Source: Polyangiaceae bacterium (lineage in GTDB: Bacteria > Myxococcota_A > Polyangia > Polyangiales > Polyangiaceae). Taken from it: DNA of 64,000 nucleotides. A program made the position numbers and the translations under genes. Below, piece after piece: positions 58,953-64,000 of the stretch (the first letter of the stretch is position 1; each line of letters starts with the position of its first letter). The notes below the pieces were generated by a model that searched no databases, was not told where the DNA came from, and saw only the letters and a list, made by a program, of their open reading frames with translations. The stretch covers positions 64,001 to 128,000 of the forward strand of contig JANRKO010000039.1 in assembly GCA_033763455.1 (NCBI GenBank), given 5' to 3'.

Positions 58953-59102
58953 GAGGGTGGGAATGCCAAAGTTGGGCCAAGCTAAAAAACTCCAAATTCA
59001 GCCTGATTTTTGCCTCTCTGGAAACAGCGCCCGCGTTTCGGACAACCATGTTGTCCAAATGGACAGCCACCCCCTTGGGTAGCTGGAACACTTTCGAAGT
59101 CG

Positions 59103-60536
59103 CTAAGGCCTTTCTGCTATCTTTCGAATGTCCGCAAATACCTCTACGGTGTCAGGTGCGTCTTCCTCGGGCTGAGCATCGATCGGGAGCACCACCTTCA
59201 ACCGCCGGGAGGTGGAGCCTGTGATGCCGTTCAAGGATAGCGGCTCCGTGAGCACGTAAGCCAGACGCCCCCGGTCCATCTTCTTAACGCGGATCTTCAG
59301 CTGCGGTGGGCTCACCCGCAACCGTTCAAGCACGAGCCCTTCTGGCAAAGAACCACTCGTGCGAGCGCGCACCGGCACCGAAACCGCTAGCGTTTGACGT
59401 GCCACCACAACGATGCGACGCGGTTGAATATCGTTGACGGAGAGGCCGGGCGGAAGCGTCAGCATCTCGGGTCGAACCGTGAAAATCTCTTCGCCTTCGC
59501 GCAGCCGCGTAGCATCGAGTGAAAGCGTCAGCTGCCTATCAAACCGAGCAAACGCTCGTACCGAACCCGCGAGGGTAACTCTCACTTCGCGTGGCTTGGG
59601 CTCTTCCACCGCCCAATCTCCAGGCACTCCAGAGAAAGCAACCTGAGCCGTAACGACATGCAATGCCGATTCGGATTCGTACGTCATGAGTGCTGCCCAC
59701 GCGACAAGTGTGAGCCCGAGCGCCAAGGCCTTGCTGCGAAAATCACCCAAAAACCAGCCAAGAACCGTTACCTTCGGCCGCACCTCTGCTTTCACCAACG
59801 GCAGCAGACGCTCCTTCAACCCAGTATCGGTAAGCATAGGCGTTAGCTGGCCCCGATGTGCTACCGACACGATGCCTCGTTCTTCGGACACGACGATCAC
59901 CAACGCGTCCGTCTGTTCACTCAAACCGAGCGCCGCCGCATGGCGCGTTCCAAAAGCGTGATCTGCATGCCCCGATAGCGGAAGGCGCGCCCCAAAGCGC
60001 TCCACCAAGTTGTCAACGACAACCACTGCACCATCATGCCCCGGAGAGCTCGTATCGAAGATGCTTTTCAGAAGCTCGACACTAGGCTTGCCCTGCAGCG
60101 GAATGCCGGAGCTCAGAAATCGATCAAGCGGATCTTTTCCCTTTACGACGATGAGTGCGCCGGTTTTCTGCTCGGCCAAGTCGAATGCGACACGAGTGAG
60201 CAAATGCACCACCGAGGGCAAGGCATCCGGCTGTTCTTTCGAATGCAGGAACAGACTCCCCGCCCCCAAACGCTCAAACCCCTGACGCAAATCATCTTGA
60301 AAAATGATGAGCAGCCCAACAGCCGCAACCGTTAACAATACTTGGAACACACCGAGCGTGAGCCCAAGATCCAAAAGGCGAGCCAGCAGGTACACCCCCG
60401 CCAAAACCCCCACGCCCACCAACACCAAGCGCGAGCGCGTGCGGCGCAGTGTGGAGATGAGCACATACGCGAGACCCCAAACAATCAGGATATCCAGAAC
60501 GTCCGCTGGGCGGAGCGAAGAAAACGCGTGCAGCAC
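59103..60536 (-). CDS. dacA: Diadenylate cyclase (CdaA/DacA) fused to YbbR-like domains
   Basis: Three N-terminal TM helices, GALIV, HDGA, GTRHAAA, VSEERG; then a TM helix and YbbR-like beta domains. Confidence 0.88.
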   Translation of the reverse strand: MLHAFSSLRPADVLDILIVWGLAYVLISTLRRTRSRLVLVGVGVLAGVYLLARLLDLGLTLGVFQVLLTVAAVGLLIIFQDDLRQGFERLGAGSLFLHSKEQPDALPSVVHLLTRVAFDLAEQKTGALIVVKGKDPLDRFLSSGIPLQGKPSVELLKSIFDTSSPGHDGAVVVVDNLVERFGARLPLSGHADHAFGTRHAAALGLSEQTDALVIVVSEERGIVSVAHRGQLTPMLTDTGLKERLLPLVKAEVRPKVTVLGWFLGDFRSKALALGLTLVAWAALMTYESESALHVVTAQVAFSGVPGDWAVEEPKPREVRVTLAGSVRAFARFDRQLTLSLDATRLREGEEIFTVRPEMLTLPPGLSVNDIQPRRIVVVARQTLAVSVPVRARTSGSLPEGLVLERLRVSPPQLKIRVKKMDRGRLAYVLTEPLSLNGITGSTSRRLKVVLPIDAQPEEDAPDTVEVFADIRKIAERP

Positions 60537-60628
60537 TTAGCCGCGCGAGTGTAGTTCTGCGGTTTGACCGAGGGTAGTGCGGGGGACCTGATCCATCCGC
60601 GATGCGCCCAGCTCGAGGCTGAAATTGG

Positions 60629-61112
60629 CCCTGATCCGGCGGTAAGGCGTGAGCAGCGCGCGTAAGTGATCGAAATTACTCCATGGTTATTGGAAGAGGG
60701 CGTCACCTTATTGGTTGGATGCCCACCCCAGCTGCCGCTTGTTGCGGCAGCTTGCCCCTCGCCAAGCGCCTCCTGTGCAGGAGCCGCGGGCGGGGCGTGT
60801 GCGTGGCAACTCCGCTCTGCAACCGAGAAGTTGCGACCAGAGAAGCCTCGGGCAGCGCGGTAGCTCGTTTTTGGGATTGGGGATAAACAGGGCGGAAGAG
60901 GCGGCGACGGTCTGAGAATGCCCAATCCCCAAAACGAGCCCGATTGGGGATTTACGGGAATGGTCGCGGGCAGCCTGAGCGAACACGCCGGTAAGCTCGT
61001 GCTCCATATCGCTCGCGCGGCCGAACGCCTGATCGACTTTGTCGCCTCCCGGTGCCGATTGGCCGCGCTCGCCGTCTGCACCGTCTGACGTCACGCGCCC
61101 ACACGATCAGGG
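60629..61112. mobile_element. Possible degenerate IS/MITE remnant (IS1380-like)
   Basis: Ends ccctgatc...gatcaggg; flanks aattgg / agttgg; internal + strand ORF 60918-61088 reminiscent of a transposase C-terminus. Confidence 0.3.
60863..60939. repeat. 19-bp inverted repeat (1 mismatch), 39-nt spacer
   Basis: gctcgtttttgggattggg ... cccaatccccaaaacgagc. Confidence 0.85.
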
Positions 61113-61130
61113 AGTTGGCGTGTTGTCTTG

Positions 61131-62474
61131 TCAAAGTGAAAGCGGTGTGCCGCTCAAGCCTGGATCCCCAATTGAGGCGAGAGGGACACCCATTGCCTGA
61201 GCGATAGACAGCCATAGGTCATTATGCGCCTTGCCCTGCGCGTCGACCGTTTGGCCCAGCTTCTGGAACGCCCCACCTCCCCGCCCAGCTATCATGACCG
61301 GCAGAGGGCTATGGATATGTATACCGTTGCTCATCTCTGAGGTGATCACGACAATGCTATTGTCGAGCACTGAGCCGCCACCCTCACTGGTGGCCTTCAA
61401 GCGGTTCACAAAGCCTCCCATCTGATCGGTGTACCAGGTTTGGATCTTCTGGAAGATGATCTCGTTTTCTGGGCTTTCGTGATCGTGCTGGAAGCCATGA
61501 TGTTGGTCTGGCGCTGCCGCATACTCAGGGATCCAATCGAACGTCGCGATCACTTCGACCGAAGGCGCCCACTGGAACGTCGCGATACGCGTGAGATCAC
61601 AGTTGATAGCCTGATACAAGAGATCAAGCTGGAGAGCTGCTAACTTTCGGATATCGACACCGCCCTCCTGGGCGAACTCACCTTTCACAACGCCGGTTTG
61701 ATCAGGAGCCGCACAAGCCGTGCCGGCGCCAGTGGCCACCTGCGTCAGCTGCTTTTCGAGCTCGCGTAGGGATTCGAGATGTTTATCGAGCAGTGGCTTT
61801 TCCGCGCTGCTCGTCGCTCCCTGGAGTGTCGTCACCTCAGTCTTCAAGAAATCGAGGATGCTCTTCTCACGCGCCTTTCTGAGCTCCGCCGCGGGATCCG
61901 GCATGGATCCGCCCGAAGTTGGTGCCGTGAAGCCCGCGAAAAGCTTCTCGAACATCACCACCGGGTCTCGCTCTTGCTGCAAGGCGAAGCCATCAGAATA
62001 AGCGATGCGATCCTGCGGGGTTGCTCCGGGCCAGGGCAGGCCTGCGAACTGAAGGCTTGAAAATTTGGTAAGATTACCTACTTGCTTGGCAATCGCCTGA
62101 TCGATGGAGGTATTCCCACCTCCCGTTAGCAAATTCCGCATGCCGGCTTCGTGCCCCTCCGCCGAATCCCGCTCTGCGGCTGCGAACCTGAGATTCTTGA
62201 ACAAGAGTGTGTCCGACTGGACTGGCTTCAACGAAGCGAGCTGGCCGTCGAAGTTGAAATATGCCAGGTCCGGAAGGTCATTTGTGCCACAAGTGTGGAG
62301 TTGGTAACAGGCAGAGGGCACACCGCCTGGAAATTGAAAGAAGATGGCGCGCTTGGGCGCGCCGCTCTGCGCCTCCGCCAAAGTCTGACGAAAGACTGGT
62401 GCTGCTAGAAAGGCGCTGGCACCGAGCGCTCCGAGTAGTTCACGACGGCGTAGAATTGCTCTTGAAGAAGTCAT
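61131..62474 (-). CDS. DUF1552 family protein, Tat-exported
   Basis: RRRELL, PKRAIFF, SIDQAIA, CDLTRIAT, HHGFQH, LDNS...SEMSNG.H. Confidence 0.88.
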   Translation of the reverse strand: MTSSRAILRRRELLGALGASAFLAAPVFRQTLAEAQSGAPKRAIFFQFPGGVPSACYQLHTCGTNDLPDLAYFNFDGQLASLKPVQSDTLLFKNLRFAAAERDSAEGHEAGMRNLLTGGGNTSIDQAIAKQVGNLTKFSSLQFAGLPWPGATPQDRIAYSDGFALQQERDPVVMFEKLFAGFTAPTSGGSMPDPAAELRKAREKSILDFLKTEVTTLQGATSSAEKPLLDKHLESLRELEKQLTQVATGAGTACAAPDQTGVVKGEFAQEGGVDIRKLAALQLDLLYQAINCDLTRIATFQWAPSVEVIATFDWIPEYAAAPDQHHGFQHDHESPENEIIFQKIQTWYTDQMGGFVNRLKATSEGGGSVLDNSIVVITSEMSNGIHIHSPLPVMIAGRGGGAFQKLGQTVDAQGKAHNDLWLSIAQAMGVPLASIGDPGLSGTPLSL

Positions 62475-62497
62475 CAGTGGTACTCCCTAAACTCAGC

Positions 62498-64000
62498 TTA
62501 CGGGTTCGCCGTTCTGGTAACGAACTGGTCGCTCTTGGCCAAAAGCACGAACAGCTCTCGGATGTTGTTGTTGGCCAGCTTGAGGTCTGAAAGGACGGGC
62601 GCAAGCGCCGTAACCTCCGCCGCTGTCTCCGTGTAGCCCATGGCATAACGGAACGCCTGACGAGCCATGCAGCGCTGCACCTCTGCACTCGCAGCTAACC
62701 GGGTTCCAAGCTCACTCGGGCCGTGAAACGGGCCGTTCGCGTCCTCGGTTGCCGTGAGATCGCCGGCATCATCCACTGGCTTACCGTTTTCCATGGTGCG
62801 GTACTGTCCAATGCCGTCGTATCGCTCAAACCCAAACCCAACCGGATCGATCAGCATGTGGCAGCCGGAACACGCTGGGCTACTCGAATGTGCCGCAAAC
62901 CGCTCAATCGTTGTTGCATTGGGATCTTTAGGCACGGGCATCACGTTCAGATCTTTTGGCGGCACCGGAAGCTCCTGGCAGAGCACACGGGTTCGCACGA
63001 ATTTTCCGCGAGCGATTGGGAAAGACTCATCCGAGCGCGAGTGCACGGTGAGCAGCCAGGGCTGGGAGAGCATCCCGGTATCGCCCATCAGTAGGCTGTT
63101 GAGGCTTCCGTCACCGTCCCACGTGGTCTTGCGAATGAAATCGGCCTGCGCCAAGACGGTTGCCTGCCGCATGGCCGCGTCAAACATGGGGTAAACCTCG
63201 GTTGATTTCGGCACCGTGGCGAGCCCGTCGGTCATCGTCCACATCGTCATGAAACGTTCAAGGGGGACCCGAGCCCGCGGGGACTGCATGAGACGCCTTG
63301 CTTGCGCCTCACGCGCGGCGGGCGTGGCAAGCTGATCTTGCGATGCTGCCGCCAAGAGCTCAGCATCTGGTGGAGCACTCCAGAACGCGTAGGACAGCAG
63401 TGAGGCGGTTTCGTGCGACGTTAACACGCGCGTTCCTGCAGCCCCTGGCACGCCGTACTCTGAACGGTACAGAAATTGCGGCGACTGCAGCATGGCTTCC
63501 AGAACCTGCTGAATTGAAGCCGCGTAATCGCTCCGGGTGCGCTCAGTATCAAACAGCGCCGTAAGACGCGTGCTTTCCTCGCCCGTTACCGGACGACGAA
63601 AGAGGGAAGCTCCCATGCTGCTCACGAAGCTGGCAGCGCACGCTGTTTCGGCAGTGCCTCCAGCGCAAGGCGCGAGGGTCGTGAGACCTGCGCCTGTGAG
63701 TGCTTCGACGGCGAGCTTCTTCGCGACGTCTCGGTACTGTGCCGCAAGCGCAGGCGTTACCGCCAAGACCGCGCGCGCGTTGTCGTACCCATCGACCACG
63801 TTGTCGCGAGCGAACGTCGAACCAAAACCTGAAACAATGGCATCCCCGGTTCTCGTCACTTGCGTCGTTTTCAATACGTCCAAAACGGTATTGTCGTACT
63901 CAGTGTGACTTAGGCGTCGAATACCAGGCACCACCCCGGGAGTCCCGGGCTCGCCCGTCCCCGCGCCACCAGTACCTGGCTGCGCCCCGCCACTACCGAC
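62498..64000 (-). CDS. DUF1592/DUF1588 domain protein, 5' end beyond the window
   Basis: IRRLSHTEYDNT, ASLLSYAFW, PIARG, CSGCH..IDPVG; frame stays open through a Gly/Pro linker to the window edge. Confidence 0.88.
   Translation of the reverse strand, partial: VGSGGAQPGTGGAGTGEPGTPGVVPGIRRLSHTEYDNTVLDVLKTTQVTRTGDAIVSGFGSTFARDNVVDGYDNARAVLAVTPALAAQYRDVAKKLAVEALTGAGLTTLAPCAGGTAETACAASFVSSMGASLFRRPVTGEESTRLTALFDTERTRSDYAASIQQVLEAMLQSPQFLYRSEYGVPGAAGTRVLTSHETASLLSYAFWSAPPDAELLAAASQDQLATPAAREAQARRLMQSPRARVPLERFMTMWTMTDGLATVPKSTEVYPMFDAAMRQATVLAQADFIRKTTWDGDGSLNSLLMGDTGMLSQPWLLTVHSRSDESFPIARGKFVRTRVLCQELPVPPKDLNVMPVPKDPNATTIERFAAHSSSPACSGCHMLIDPVGFGFERYDGIGQYRTMENGKPVDDAGDLTATEDANGPFHGPSELGTRLAASAEVQRCMARQAFRYAMGYTETAAEVTALAPVLSDLKLANNNIRELFVLLAKSDQFVTRTANP

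Noticed and set aside
58965..58981. Sigma54 promoter for comEC (TTGGCCCAACTTTGGCA, minus strand)
   Set aside because: GG-N10-GC spacing fits, but the match is weak and too common in GC-rich DNA to call
60565..60670. c-di-AMP (ydaO) riboswitch suggested by gcgggggacc
   Set aside because: Wrong strand for dacA, no downstream + strand gene, and the other conserved motifs are absent
60485..61094. 198-aa and 128-aa minus-strand ORFs in the gap
   Set aside because: No recognisable motifs and atypical composition; they overlap the repeats and the possible IS remnant

Overview
This is a GC-rich, gene-dense chromosomal window from a myxobacterium, probably Polyangiaceae/Sorangiineae. That assignment is inferred from mglBA, a TIGR02266-type PilZ gene, three DUF1592-family loci, Gly/Ala-rich lipoproteins and an orphan SctQ. 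Contents in order: M48 protease with a divergent AIM24 triplet; a tRNA wobble-uridine cluster (trhP-like U32, cmoA, cmoB); a hydrolase-RlmL-like-apaH operon; a surface-glycan locus resembling Pseudomonas wbpBDEI plus Bordetella wbmF/wbmH and an amidotransferase; a pair of giant TPR-DUF3857-transglutaminase proteins (one with an intact catalytic triad, one without); mglBA; RNase E/G with a large internal disordered insert plus a PilZ gene; sctQ-yggS-rarA; hpt; comEC; and a CdaA-YbbR fusion diadenylate cyclase. I found no rRNA, tRNA, CRISPR array or intact mobile element. The main leads are a promoter-backed ~40-aa highly basic ORF, the recurring DUF1592/DUF1552 module, a Cys-rich extension on TrhP, a diverged direct repeat bracketing a methyltransferase, a DnaA-box cluster and a possible IS remnant. 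All family calls come from motif recognition and recall; no searches were run.
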